Below are positions 49,740-63,644 of a stretch of 64,000 nt of DNA, piece by piece (positions within the stretch are counted from its first letter, which is position 1; each line of letters opens with the position of its first letter). Made by a program: the position numbers and the translations under genes. Source of the DNA: Octopus sinensis. Lineage: Eukaryota. The DNA lies in assembly GCF_006345805.1 (NCBI RefSeq), contig NC_043000.1:84444001-84508000 (forward strand), in the 5' to 3' direction. A model generated the notes under the pieces. It was given only the letters and a program-made list of their open reading frames with translations, did no database searches and was not told the DNA's origin.

Positions 49740-50450
49740 TTGAAACTTCCCACTGCCCTTAGCGGGGCAGTACCACCCACTTTGGGAACCACTGTTAAAC
49801 TATAGCTTCTTTTATGTGAAGTATTAAACCTCCCATAACATTAATTTCTTAAACCATAGTTTCTCTTATGGGAAGTGTTAAACCTCCCATAGCATTAATC
49901 TTTTAACCATAGTTTCTTTTAACCATAGTTTCTCTTACAGGACGTGTTAACCCTCCCATAGCTTCTTTTATGGGAAGTGTTAAGCCTCCCATAACATTAA
50001 TCTTTTATACCATAGCTTGCCTTATGAGAAGAGTTATTGATATTGCAGAGGATGGAACTGCCAAAGTAACTTGGCATTACTTTCTTAATCTTTCTTAAAA
50101 TTTTTGAGCAATGCTACAGAAGGATAAGGCGTCATTAGAAGGTACATCCAAGCTTTTATTCAAGTTATATTAATAGTAAACTGGCTTCGGTTTTTGACAA
50201 ACTGGGTTACAATTATTTGAAAGCAAAATACACTTTTCCTAAAGCTGTACACATCCTGAAACCTGAGTGTGAACCAGTTTAGCTCCAAACAACTTGTCTC
50301 TTCTGCATCTTGTCTTAACATGTGTAGCACTATGCCACTTCATTCTACAGCAGATTTTTTATAAAGTTGTTAAGAAAGCTAAAAGAATCCTGTCAACGTT
50401 GTTTAGCAACCTCTCAATAGTTTCTTATGTGAAGTATACACGTCTATTCT
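49740..50450. mobile_element. Very degenerate hAT (Charlie/Buster-like) remnants
   Basis: TTTGGGAACCACTG at about 49781-49794 resembles a Charlie-type TIR; minus-strand 50170-50450 gives weak Buster-like peptide similarity. Confidence 0.35.
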
Positions 50451-51718
50451 CCAAAGAAACAGCAAATATTATCTGATTAAATTGAATTGCAAGCTGCCTC
50501 ATAACTACTACTGCTATACTTAGCTAACATTGCAGTTATTTGAAAATGTTGCTTTATCTCAGTTTCTTTCAGTTAGCGATTGAAGGTCAACATAAGAAAG
50601 AGGTCCTGTCGACCAAAGTTTCTGGATTGTGTAATTGTAACCAAATGAAGGATAGTAAATATAAATGAAGGATAGTAAATATAAATGAAGTATGAAAATA
50701 CTTGAGTTCTCCAGTAAATATGGAAGGGAGATTATTTATATTCCAAAATTTTAGAGATGTACCTCATTAGGTACTACACCTTTCTGATGTTCTTATTTCT
50801 CATTCCTGACCTGAAGTTTCTACAGCATTTTTGTTAACATACATGGACCCTGATAATTAATTCCTTTTCATTCTTCAACTTTCCTTTTCTTTGTTAATCA
50901 TTAGACTCAATACATATACAAAATTGACAAATACATTCTTTTATTTGAACTACTGTTAGGTAATTTTTAAATGATACCCAACTTGTCCTCGACAGAAAAT
51001 TAATAGATGCTCGCATAGTGGTCTCCATTCTTTCTTAATAGATCAATATGTCTCTTTGACTGGAAGTCTTCTTTTTCACTTTGTTTCAACTGATCAGCAT
51101 TCCATTTCAAAGAAGTGTTATTTCTCTGTCACTTCGACATTATGAGAAGCACGATTAGCAAGCTAAGAAACCGATAGATGACCTCATAAACGTAGTGCTT
51201 TGGAAAAAAAAAGGTAATCCAATAACCGAAAATATATATCTAGCTGCAAACAGAGTTAAAAACGAACAAAAACAATAAATGCAGAACTGCTAAAGAAAGA
51301 AAAGGTGGAACAAACGAGAACATGGAACTATTTGAACGAGTTCAGGAAGAACAAGAACAAATGTGGAAAGGAAAGAAAAAATTAACAGATTTACATGTTT
51401 TAAAATATTATACTTGCAGAACAGGTAAAAATGTAATATAAATCACTGAAAAGGATATAAAGACAGTAACCAAACGTAACTGAGAAAACTATATAAAATA
51501 CCTCTATAGGTTTTTTTCTCGTATTTTAAAATATTGTATTAGCAGAAGTAAACAATAATGCAGCATAAAATAGTGGAAAATCAACATATAAAGATTTATA
51601 ACTGCTATTAGAAATTTAAGAAGGAAGAAGAAAATACAAGGAAATGTAGATATATGTTAGACTAATTTTAAGTTTTGAAATTTGATAAAAACGTGTAATA
51701 TAATGAAACACGAATCAT

Positions 51719-51808
<90 letters not shown>

Positions 51809-51815
51809 CGGGGAA

Positions 51816-51865
<50 letters not shown>

Positions 51866-52488
51866 GCTTATATTCATGCATTCATACACACATGCATTCA
51901 TACATACTTATAAATATGTATGCAGAGGTTGTCCGTGTGTGTGTGTGTGTGTATGTGTGTGTGTCCGCGTGTTTTATTCTCCGCACGTAGGTTTGAAAAA
52001 TTCAACAGTTTACCATAGTCTGAGTGAAATGATAATAGGAGAAAAATAAAATAAGATATCTTACAATAACAAAGGTTGACAGAGAAAAGAAAGCATAAAA
52101 AAAATTCAAATATGATATCTATAGTCAGAATAAGAAATAGTTTTGCAGCACTCTATACGTGTGATTGTACCGAAGATATTCCCAACAGGTTAGCTGATCT
52201 ATGGTCGAAGTATTATAAAAATTTGAAAGGGAAAATTATGATATAAAGCACAACTCTGACGGAAAATACATAAAACAATTGTAACATTAGTTTAAATATG
52301 GAATGGTATCACCAGAGAATTCTAAGATGTAATTTTGTCTATTCTTTCGCGATTCAGCAAGAATTTTTAAAGTATGTGATAGATGCTACATATTCTTGAC
52401 CATTTGTACACTTAGAGATGTAGGCTTTTTTGAAACACTGACAACGAAAAGAGCATCACAAACACACATGAAAATACTGGTACACACT

Positions 52489-52560
<72 letters not shown>

Positions 52561-52659
52561 TACACACTTTCTTTTATGCGTTACAGCTATGCGACTGCGG
52601 CAATGCTAGGGTACCACCCTGACTTTGTACCCATTTCACAGGTGTTTTATGTGGTTGAA

Positions 52660-53050
52660 TTCTTCAAGGTGGGGTGACTTCCTATCACCACTCTTGCGTG
52701 TGCTTTTTACCTGGTTGTTGGCTCATTTAATGAATGATGGAGTTTCACACTGCCACTCTCTTCTGTACTTCATGCTAAGATGTTACTTCTTCAAGTATCT
52801 AAATAGGAGGATGTCCAGTTCCTTTTTCAAAACATTCAAATGGCGTAAGTTTCTTAATTTTCATGGTAGAGCATTGGAACATTTTTGGCTTTGAATTCCA
52901 AGTTATTGCCGGTCCTCACTTTGGATGAAGCTCTACTAGAAATAGTCGATGTTGCTATTTAATGTGTTGCTCTTTCTGACACAAAATCTCAGATGTATGT
53001 AAACCTAAGCTTCCTCAGATTTACATACATCTCCACAATTTGTAAGGAAA
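52660..53050 (-). mobile_element. Degenerate CR1/L2-like LINE 3' fragment
   Basis: Minus-strand KMFQCSTMKIKKL / NVLKKELDILL, resembling the GP.LFN.LP..LR...FK..LD.FL C-terminus. Confidence 0.35.
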
Positions 53051-53619
53051 TTATATAATCGTTAATTAGAACAAGTCTTGCTCTATTTTCTCATTTTCGG
53101 AGGTATTAAATGTAAAGTCTACTCTCATAGGATATGAACTCAGAACATAGAAAGATTAAATTTATTACTGTAGGGTATATGGTCTAGTCCGGTGATATTT
53201 CGGCCAATCCACTACTTCAAGTAATAATGTCAATAACATACACACACATATGCGCACACAGTGGTACCAAACCGTCTCCAATCCATATTTGATTCCGTCC
53301 TTGGCGAGCAAGCTTCTGAACAAAAGGACATTTAATATGGAATAGTTAAGTAATAACATCAAGTAATAATGGTTCCTAAATTAAGCATAATGCCAACAGT
53401 TTTGATGGGAGATTATAAGTCGCATATCTTTCCCAGTCTATAACTGGCACTTTATTTTATCGACACACTATATATACGGTCATGATATTAAATAACGTCT
53501 GCAAACTCAGTGCAATTTGAATATAAAGAGTCGGAACAAATGTAAATGCCACAGAGCGTATCTTCCGATGCTCTAACGATTCTGATATCTTACCACATCG
53601 TTTCTGATTTAGTCACAAT

Positions 53620-54494
53620 GCCAGCCACTTTGAAGCGTGATGGTGATTCGATTATACTTCCGCCTTCTTGGCTGTACTTTATTTGATTGGTTCCGAAAGG
53701 CTGTTCGGTAAAGTTGACCTCAGCAGGATTTGAACTAAATTGAAGAATCGAAAAAATACTATTAGACATTTTGTCGTACGCGTTAACAATTTTGCCAATT
53801 AGCCCTTTTACAATAAAAATAATGATCCTTTCTTCAATAGGCACAAAACCTGAAATTTCGGGCTGCTATTCGAGTACATCGGCCCTAGTGATAAACTGGT
53901 GCTTTATTTCATCGACCCCAAACAAATGAATGGCAAAGGTGTTCTCGGCGGCCTTTGAACTCAGTACGTAAAGCCTAAAGAAATGCCATTAGGCATTATG
54001 TCCGGCCCGGTAAAGATTCTACCAGTTCAATGCTTTTTACCAGAATAATAATAACGATGGGACAAGGCCTGAAAAATTTATGAGAAGGAACTAGTCGATT
54101 ACATTGATCCCAGAATTTCAGAGGTACTAAATTTTTCAACCAGGAAAGGATGAAAGGCAAAGTCGAATTCGGCGGAATTTGAACTCAGAACGTAAAGACG
54201 GACGAAATGCCGCTAAGCATTCTGGTCGACGTGCTAACGATTCTGCCAGCTCGCTGCCTTACTAATAATAATAGAAATAATAATCTTTTCTACAAAAGGC
54301 ACTAGGCACGAAATTTTGGGGAAGGAGTTAAGTCAATTACATCGACCTCAGTACTCATCTGGTACTTAATTTATCGACCCTGAAAGAGTGAAAAACAAAA
54401 TCGATCTCGGCGGAATTTCAACTCACAACGTAAAGTCGGACGAAATGATGCTAAGCATTTTGGCCGGCGTGCTAACGATTCTGCCAGCTCACTG

Positions 54495-54497
<3 letters not shown>
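53620..54497 (-). mobile_element. Four head-to-tail SINE family B copies
   Basis: Units at about 53620-53807, 53830-54037, 54060-54261 and 54286-54497, each with GAATTTGAACTC and GCTAACGATTCTGCCAGC-type motifs, joined by short AAT linkers. Confidence 0.8.
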
Positions 54498-54580
<83 letters not shown>

Positions 54581-54583
<3 letters not shown>

Positions 54584-56060
54584 TGTTCGATAAAAATATA
54601 AATCATCTCATTTACATGGATGATTTAAAGCTCTTTGCAAAAAATGACCAAGAACTCAAGGGCTTACTAGCGATTGTCAAACAATTCAGTGGTGACAGCA
54701 GAATGCAATTTGGCCTCGATAAGTGTGCAAAAGCTACCTTTATCAAAGGAAAAATGACAGAAACATCTAACGTTAACCTTGACCAGCGGAATGTCATAAA
54801 AGAAATAGACCCAGCGGAGAACTACAAGTATCTAGGGGTAATTGAAGGAGACGGAATAAGGCATTCAGAGATGAAGGAAAGGATCAGGAGAGAATGTTAT
54901 CGCAGAGTAAGAGCAATACTCAAGACAGAGCTGAATGCGAGAAACAGGATCGAAGCGATCAATGCGTTAGCCATACCAGTCGTGACTTACAGTTTCAATA
55001 TCTTTAACTGGTCAATTACTGAAATATGTATTCTTGACAGAAAAATACGAAAACTGTTGACAATGCATAGAATGCACCACCCTAAGGCAGATACAGAACG
55101 ACTTTATCTGCCAAGAAAAGAGGGAGGCCGTGGACTTTTACAACTGGCAATAACAATGAAGATTGCTACAATTGGCCTAGACACCTACCTGAAAAGCTCT
55201 GAGGACTGGATGTTAAAACTTGTCTCAAAACATGAAAACAAGAAAGCATCATACTCAGTAACAAAACAGGCAAAGGAATATCTAAGTGAATTCCGAATAC
55301 AACAAATTTCGGAATTAGAGATAGACATACAAGAAACAGGCACAGAAAAAGCTAAGCTCATGAAAACCCATGCTAAATCTGCGGCCTTAGATATTCTGAA
55401 TGATAAATGGCAAGAAAAACCTCTCTATGGCAAATACCCAAAGAGAGCGAATAATGCAGATGTTGACAAAGCCCTGACCCATCAATGGCTAATGGCCTCT
55501 GGCTTAAAATCTGAAACAGAGAGGTTTATCATAGCAGCTCAAGATCAATGCCTACCAACAAGAAACTACCAGGCCAATATATTAAAGATCGGCAGTAGCC
55601 CAACGTGTCGTGTATGCCAGCAACAAAATGAAACTATTGATCATGTGGTCTCCAAGTGCAGTCTTCTAGCGCCTACAGAGTATCTCAACAGGCATGATAG
55701 AGCTGCACAATATATTCACTGGGTAATCTGCAAAAACCTGGATTTGCCCCATGAAAAAAAAACTGGTGGGAACACAAACTACCCCCAGTGCTTGAAAATG
55801 ATCACATCTCACTCCTCTGGAACTTCACCATTAAAACTGACAGAAAGATAGATGCAAATAGGCCAGACATCATATTGAAAGACTTCAAACAAAGAACATG
55901 CCTCCTCATTGATATGACTGTCCCAATCGATATAAACGTATCTGTCAAGACCTACCAAAAACTGAGCAAATATAAAGATCTTGAAATAGAAATCAGCAAA
56001 ATGTGGAACCTGAAGACTAAAACAATACCTGTTGTCATAGGTGCCCTGGGAATGATAGCA

Positions 56061-56062
<2 letters not shown>
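54581..56062 (+). mobile_element. 5'-truncated R4/Dong-like RLE LINE (RT C-half, CCHC knuckle, restriction-like endonuclease)
   Basis: Starts at the end of an ~80-bp (AAT)n; NHLIYMDDLKLFA, YKYLGV, RLYLPRKEGGRGL, CRVCQQQNETIDHVVSKC, RHD; frameshift in the A-run near 55754; then ANRPDII..LIDMTVP..KLSKYKDL..PVVIGALG. Confidence 0.92.
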
Positions 56063-56095
<33 letters not shown>

Positions 56096-56297
56096 CTTGT
56101 GTGTCTGTGTTTGTTCCCCAACATCGCTTGACAACCGATGGTGGTGTGTTTACGTCCCCGAAACTTATCGGTTCGGCAAAAGAGACCCATAGAATAAGTA
56201 CTAGGCTTACAAAGAATAAGTCCTGGGGTCGATTTGCTCGACTAAAGGTGGTGCTCCAGCATGACCGCAGTCAAATGACTGAAACAAGTAAAAGAGA
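56062..56297 (+). mobile_element. SINE family A, 3' half, replacing the LINE 3' end
   Basis: (TG)n then GTGTTTGTTCCCCAACATCGCTTGACAACCGATG..GGTGCTCCAGCATGACCGCAGTCAAATGACTGAAACAAGTAAAAGAG. Confidence 0.85.
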
Positions 56298-58869
56298 AAA
56301 GTAGTAGTAGTAGTAGTACAGCAAATAAACCTATTGAATATATACCCTCAAAATATTACTGGGGTTTTCTTGTCAGTTCCATTATTTTTTTAATGGAGGA
56401 AAAATAACAATGCTAGTGCAATTAGACCTCAGAAAAGTGGGAAGAAACTAATTGCTTTTAATCCATAGTGCATCAAAATCTGCCAACTCATTGCCTTCGC
56501 TTTATTCGGTAATATTAATTTTACACCCTCAATCTGACAATATAATTCTCGATGAAAAATAAAATAATCAAGACGAGAAATATAGGACATCCATTAATGG
56601 TTCGGTTTTATTCTTTCTTCGCTCAATTTGAATTCATTATTTTTTTGTTTCACAGAATAATTATCTAAAACTTGTGAATATAAAAATCGGCAGTTGATGT
56701 CTTTAAATATTTCACTCAAATATTTCAAAATCGCATTTACTTTCAATCCAAATTCGATCCACATTTTTTCTCTCCCTTAAAATAATGTTCACATACCTTT
56801 CTGAGGAGAAATCTAAAATATTTTACGTTTTATGTCTTCTTCAACAACATACTAAAACTAAAAATAAAATGCAAATTTTTGAATATTTATTAAAATTTTT
56901 TTTATATATTTTTCGAACGCCATAATATTTTCTTATAACATTCCAAATTTTAAAATTTTATGGAAATTGTTTTTCTTCTTGATTCTTATTGTAGCATTTT
57001 ATATTATTTTTATTAAACAAGAAAAAAAATTGCCCTAATTATGTGATAAGTTCAATCACTAACTTTCAGTAGCAAATACTGATTGTGAAGTTCTTTTATT
57101 TCCTGTTTTGTCTAAATTGTTTAAATAGCAATGATTAAAATAAAACAAAAAAAAAAAAGAAAAATAACAATAGTTTGCTGATGTGAATACTGAGTTTTGG
57201 AATATTCCGGAATAGTCATTCAATTTGTTTGGTTTTTACTAGTTACATGCCAACGCTTTATTGTAGAGTGATACTTTTGATTGAATCGATTCCTACATAT
57301 TACTGGTATTTGTAATATCGACCGTACAGTGCTAAAAGTGTGTGTGCGTAAAGAAATGAATATTTTTTGGCTATAGACATTAAAAAACATCCACAAAGTG
57401 TCACACCAAATCTGCAACATAAACATTAATGTAATAAACTTCGAATGTGAGAAAGAAGCAAGTTAATATTTCAATATGATATATGAAGGTAATTCGAGTT
57501 ACTGCTGCTGCTATTGTTGCCCTAGACAATCTAGGTCCAACAGAACTTGGATCAAATACGTTCCTTCAGTGACCCTACTGTTCCCTTGTATTTCATGATT
57601 TACATTATCCAGCGTATCTTTCTATGTTTAGGAAGTGCAGGAAGTAATTTGAGAGTGTTTCGCTACTACTTTTGGTAGGTATAATTGACATGTCAACTAA
57701 TATAATAATGTCCCGTAGTATTTAATTTCGTTCCTCTTGTCTTACATTCCTGCATCGAGTGCAGTAAATATTTATACATTCAGACAGATTTAATCCGTCA
57801 CTTTCTTTTTTAAAATTCTGATTATAAAATAACTAATATAATTCATTTTTCATAGATAACGTTGGCAGTTACGAACAATTGTCTTTTTAAAACTGATACC
57901 AAAAAAGTAAGATAATTGATTAAATATATCAGTTTGATGTAACCTTACAGTCTGATACAGGATTATTTAGAGTTATAAAACTTTCCGAGGATTAGAGTAT
58001 TTGAATCCGATTTTATTAGATTAACACAAATTTATTGAGAATAGGGTGTTGCCATGCATATTCACTGTAGTCTACTGACAAAGAACTGATTTTTTTCTGT
58101 AAACATGTAAATTGATTTTGAGAAATCAAATCATAAATTCTTTAAATTATCTCCCCTTGTCTTAAGGGATCGAAAACAAGTGCACAAGGCTTCTTTTCTC
58201 ATTCTCTTACTAAGAGGTAAATTATATTTTATTGAAAATATTTTGCACACGGCATTCAATGCATTACTTTATCTAAATCTATACCAATGACTCTTTAGAC
58301 TAAAAGGATTCATGCATATTAATATTGGTCGCAATTTTTCCTAACGTTTTTCTTGTTTGTAAAACTCTTTATCAAATCAGGTTCCAGTTTGAATGCGCTT
58401 CACTGTTGAAATCCTGTATAGTGCAACATATCTATAGTTGTCACCTTGCGAACAAAGACCACAACTTCCCTTACCGTGTGTGAAATTAATTCTTAATTTC
58501 ATGGAATATAGTAAATATACTAACATACTAGAGTTTCAGTTTGTTGGTGTGCATGAGGCTGTACAAATATATGCGGATGTTTGTTAGTGTGTATGGGGCT
58601 GAATACGTATATACTTATGTGTGTGGCGGATTAATATTCCTAGTCGGAGAGGGTATTATATCTCTGAGTATACTTTGTTGTTCCATTTTTCGATTGTTTC
58701 TTTTTAATCGAAAAGATCTTCTTGTTCTAATTCTCATGAGTGAATAGAATAATACTGCTGCTAGAGGTCGCCTCTTTCTCGTTTAGTTTTTGCTGTAGGT
58801 GACTCTTATTGATTCAACCGATTGTAGCTGGGTTCTTCTATCTTGTGATCAGTATTAGTAATGCGGATA

Positions 58870-59062
58870 GTTGAATTATTTCGCCGACTACAAATTAGTG
58901 TTCAGTGTCGCCTTAAAACTATTGATCCTCGCCGTTCATTCTTTAATTTTATTACCCCTGAAAGTATGAAAAGCAAAGTTGAATTTAGGGCTTAAAAAGC
59001 CAAGGGAAATGTCCTAAAGCACTGTGTCCGACGCGCTAATGATTCTGTCAGCTAATTGCCTT
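58870..59062 (-). mobile_element. SINE family B, degenerate
   Basis: CCCCTGAAAGTATGAAAAGCAAAGTTGAATT..GCGCTAATGATTCTGTCAGCTAATTGCCTT then (AAT)n. Confidence 0.6.
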
Positions 59063-59139
59063 AATAATAATAATGATGATGATAATAATAATAATAATAA
59101 TGATAATAATAACAACAACAACAACAATAATAATAATAA

Positions 59140-61030
59140 TATTTTTTCTTTATTGGCCATCAGGGCAGAACACAAAACACAGAGGACGATGCACAAACGA
59201 GTAACGGTGAGGTTAAACGTGCAGTCAACAAATACAACGATTAACAAAGAGATTAAATAAAAAATATACTTCCCCAATAAGGGGGAAGTTCCACTGTAAG
59301 GTGACCAAAGAGACCTCACGCACTTTGGACTCCTTAACACCAAAGGCTCCTCAGGAAGGCATCCTCTCTTCTCCCTTCCATCCGGCCTACTGGTGCACAC
59401 TTAGAGTAGGCCCATTCGCGAGGGCCATTCTTGTTACATTCACCCACATTACAACGAACTTACTGGGTGACAGTACCTCCCTCACCAGACTCAATTTCCT
59501 TTCCTGGTGGAACCTGAAAAAGTCAATGTGGCCTTAGCCAAAAAGGAAGGTACCTGTCTTCAATCCTTTCAATCGCGTCCACCACACAACCTCTTTTGCC
59601 ATAGCCGCCAGACAGAGAAAAATTGCACTCCCTTCCCAGCCAAACGAAGGAGGCAGGGCGATCTTCACAATGGACTCGGACGATATCCGGATTCGTCATA
59701 CATGTAACAATAACTGTTCAACAAAGCTCTACAAGTCAGTAATGCGCGGACACTGTACGAGAGCATGCAAAGCGGTTTCATATTCCACATGCACCTCGGA
59801 CAAGCCGGACTGACTGCACCGCCATGCCTGTAGAGCTTCTCTCAAACTGGTAGCGCCCCTCGCCGTCGCACTGCCAGGCCAGGGTTTTCTGGAAGTTATC
59901 CATAGTTCCCGCCCCGAAAGTCCCACGGAAGTGACCAGTTGATTTCCCTCGATATCCAGGACTTCTCCGAGTATGTCATCGCTCTTTCCCTCCACTAAAC
60001 CCCTATAGAACTCCAAGGTTAACTTCCACGACCGCATTGCCCGACTCGCCAAGGGCTGTGAGCACTTGGAGACACTCTAGGTGCCAAGCAACTTGCCTCG
60101 GTCTACACCTGATCTAGGACTGTAGCTCCGCCAAAAAGACGAACTGAGGAAAAACATGTTAAAAAAAACGGTGACCCCCACCTGCTCACCTTTAAGGTAT
60201 CGCTAGAGATGTCACAGCCTCACCGCATGTCTTCGCATCCTCAACCACGGTATGCCCAGTCCTCTACGCAACGGGTGCTGACAAGCGGTACCTGTCGTTT
60301 CCACAGGAAGCTGAAGAGAGAGCGCAACAGCCCGTTCAGCCCCGAAGCGGAGCATGGCACGACAGTCAAGTGGTAGTATATGATGGATGCGATGTACGTA
60401 TTCGCCACTTCCGCACATTTCAGAGGCAACTTCCTCTCAGCCCGTTCCTGGGTGAGACTGGTCACGCAGTCTGTCACCTCGACAGAGTTCTTGTCCACTT
60501 GGAGATCCGGACCGAACCAGACCCTGAGCAATTTAACAGGTCCTTCCGTCCAGTGCCCCACAACTGTTTCGGTTTTTTTTAAAAACATAAATGAGGTGTC
60601 GAACCTCTTACAACAGTTACAAATTGAGGTGCTGAGCCTCTTACTAATCAAAAATATTTCAGCAAATATATTCAACTTGAGGTGCTAAGCCTCTTACCAA
60701 AATCACCAAGTTCGAATCGAGGCACTAAGACCTCTTACTCTACCTCCCCGAATAAGTCTCTTGCCGCCTGCAGTCGCAAGCCAGGGTCCCATAGGAGATA
60801 ATTGTATTCATCCTTGGTAAATAAATCCATCACCCTGTAGAAATACTTTTCCGGCATGACCTCCTCAGCCACCTACGGAGGCCAATCCGGGCTTTCAATG
60901 CAGGTCAGGACCTCCTGTTCCCAACCTTCCAGATTCCTCACAAAGTTCTTTACCGCTCCTCCCTTAAGAAAGAAGATCCGAGACAGTACTTCTAGGTACA
61001 CCAACCATTTCGGCTGTTTTCGTTATGCCA
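59140..61030 (-). mobile_element. Degenerate Tx1/L1-clade LINE fragment
   Basis: KLLRVWFGPDLQVDKN, RKLPLK..VANTYIASIIYYHLTVVPC, FSFLWK, ETALHALVQCPRI (zf-RVT-like); 3' end with AATAAA at about 59150-59155; interrupted at 60590-60760. Confidence 0.75.
60593..60738. repeat. Four spaced copies of the hairpin motif GAGG-N7/8-CCTCTTAC
   Basis: 60593-60611, 60626-60644, 60679-60697 and 60719-60738, with spacers of 14, 34 and 21 bp. Confidence 0.75.
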
Positions 61031-61257
61031 GCGCCTGCCATACAAGCACCAACAATTTGACCTCTTTGAAAGTCCAACAGATCTGTTATTTTAATGAATT
61101 TTATCTGAAAAGAAACAAAAATGTGAGCAAAACATATCAAGCAACACTAATAATAAATCAAAACTATAAAAAATATAGAAGCTTTTGACGGTTTTATAGA
61201 TATTTCAAAATTATGATGCCATGATGCTAGGTGTTTCCATTATTTTGACCAACCCCT
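61031..61257 (-). mobile_element. Left end of a second copy of the 32649-33915 Tc1 family
   Basis: GGTGTTTCCATTATTTTGACCAACCCCT TIR plus the reverse complement of ATGACAGATCT..GGACTTTCAAAGAGG..GGCAGGCGC. Confidence 0.85.
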
Positions 61258-62949
61258 ATATATAATGTATTGTTCCGCAATGGTAAGATCAGAAAAAAAA
61301 AGTACTCCATCTGGTGAGAGATAAATATTACTTAATAGACACAAAACATGTGCTACTAATAGTTTCATATGTTGAGAAATACCTCAAACATAATCATCAG
61401 TTTGTTATGATATGTAGTTTGTGCTTGAGGGATATGTTTGAGGTATCTCTCAACATGTGAAATTATTAGTAGCATATAACATGTATTATGTCTATTAAAT
61501 AATATATATATACATATATAGCTATAACAAACCAATACGTAGAACAAAGTATTCGTGAAGAAACGTTCTGTTGCCTGCTGTTGTTACTGCTTTCTTCTTT
61601 TCATTTCTTTTTCCTGGATAGAAACCTCCTAAATTACTTTTCTGCCACCTGTTAAACAACTGGTCTTTCTGTCTTAAATGATTAGTTTCAGACCATTTCT
61701 TTCGGAACTTGCTAAATTGCACCACTCTTGGACTGTTTTGTGATAATGTCAAGTTATATTTATGTCTACAGTGGCCTCATCTAACCACATGAAAAAAAAA
61801 ATTGCGTCAGCGCTGTCCGCCTGACCATATAACTCTACGAATGCGACTAATAGCCAAAAGATAGCTTCGTCACCAATGTCATTTATGGTGACTTCCGATA
61901 TTCAATGTTCAAAATACTGTGGAATCAATTTATCAGCATGTGTGTCATGTGGCAATTGAACTTGTTCTTTTCTCTCTCCATCCTCAGTTTTTGAAATCAT
62001 TGCATTTTATAGCATATCTTCTCCTTCTCCCTATATCTAAGAAGGATGCCTTCAATTGCACTTAGGGGAATATATTGAAACTTGTACCCTTGACAAGAAG
62101 CAGGTGAATCACCTCGTATTGATTTTCGTGCTTGGATGATAGTTCCCAGCAGAGAAGCAGAGAAGTACACGTTTTATGATAACGGTGCCATGCAGTCATT
62201 CTCATATTCAAATGTTCCATGTTAAAGTCCTTTTGTTTAGAAGCTTGTTCGCCAAGTACGGAAGCAGATATGGATTAGAGACAGCTTCGTTCCACTATGT
62301 GCACACATTTGTGCGTATGTTATTGATATTGTTGTTATAAATTTGAGGGCTTTTCTTGTGACTGATGTTATTAATTTTGTCAAACGTTTTGTTTACAATA
62401 ATACTGTTTCTGCTGAAATGCCAAAACTATTTTTTTAGGATTTTCATTGGCAAATGATATGAATGTGAAATATTGTTGTTGCTATGGCTTGCTGCATCTT
62501 TCAAAATGTTCTGAAAAATGTTGTTCCTTTTTGTTAAAGGGTTGATTTGAAAAGAAAGCTGTGTATACTTGGTTCTCTTTGCATTTCTGCTTTGTGAGTC
62601 GTGATATCTTGCTCATTTGTCATCTTAGGGGCGTGTTTGGTCATTGCGTTACGAGGACATACGTTTACAAAATTGACAAAAGGAAAGAAAAATTAAATGT
62701 CATGAAGACTTCCCTACAAAACTTTAAGATATGATACAAATTCTGGCAGACCCCGCCATCGTAAAATTATCCAATTTCCTTCGTGATATTATCCAAACTT
62801 TACAGAAAATCTTTCCTTTACAGTTAAGAAATATCCAAATCTTAAGTAACGACCAGAACAACAACACTAATAATAAAACGATAATCGCGATGATGATTAC
62901 TACTATGACAGCTACTACTACTGCTGCTGCTGCTGCTGCACTACTACTG

Positions 62950-63011
<62 letters not shown>

Positions 63012-63014
<3 letters not shown>

Positions 63015-63568
63015 CCCTGATGCAGTACCAGACAGTGGCTCTCATGGCTTCTGATCTTGACTGATTGGAAGTGTTATCATGTACATTGTTTTGTCTTGGT
63101 ATAAAAGATGGGCTACAGCAAATATTCTGCTCAATACCACAGATTTGCTTGTCAGTTGCTTCCTCTTAACCAGTTGAGCATGTCCCTTAGTGGCTGACGA
63201 TATGTGCATCTCTGATAACGATCAGAAGTAGTGGGGGAGCATCATAGCCATGTGTTGAAAGGAATTCTTGCAGGTTTTGGATAATTCACCTTTGGAAACA
63301 TGGGTGTTTCGTACAACATCCTTAAACAATCCTTATTCAGGGACCTTTTGAGCAGGATAGGTTACTCGATCAGAAGAAAATTCTAACTGGGCCCCAACTG
63401 CAAGGTCATGCGCTGTTTATCTTGATATGAGATCACCATGTCGCGCACATATAGTTGTGATGCATGTGCCTAGTGTACCCTTATCAGACGAGTAGTCACG
63501 ATGGGCATACTGGGCTTTGTATATTTTACCCCAGTGTCACTTTGATGGCATGCACTGCTCTCTCACTC
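63012..63568 (+). mobile_element. ~555-bp (AAT)n-associated element, apparently complete copy
   Basis: (AAT)n-AATACCCTGATGCAGTACCAGACAGTGGCTCTCATGGC...CTGCTCTCTCACTC-(AAT)n. Confidence 0.88.
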
Positions 63569-63624
<56 letters not shown>

Positions 63625-63644
63625 TAATAATAATAGTCACACCA

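Noticed and set aside
60593-60738. CRISPR array
   Set aside because: Eukaryotic context, no cas genes, degenerate 19-20-bp repeats and irregular spacers; kept only as a hairpin repeat cluster.
61780-62620. Possible coding relic (higher complexity, transposase-like)
   Set aside because: No ORF of 60 aa or more and no motif I could assign by eye; needs tBLASTx or an HMM search.
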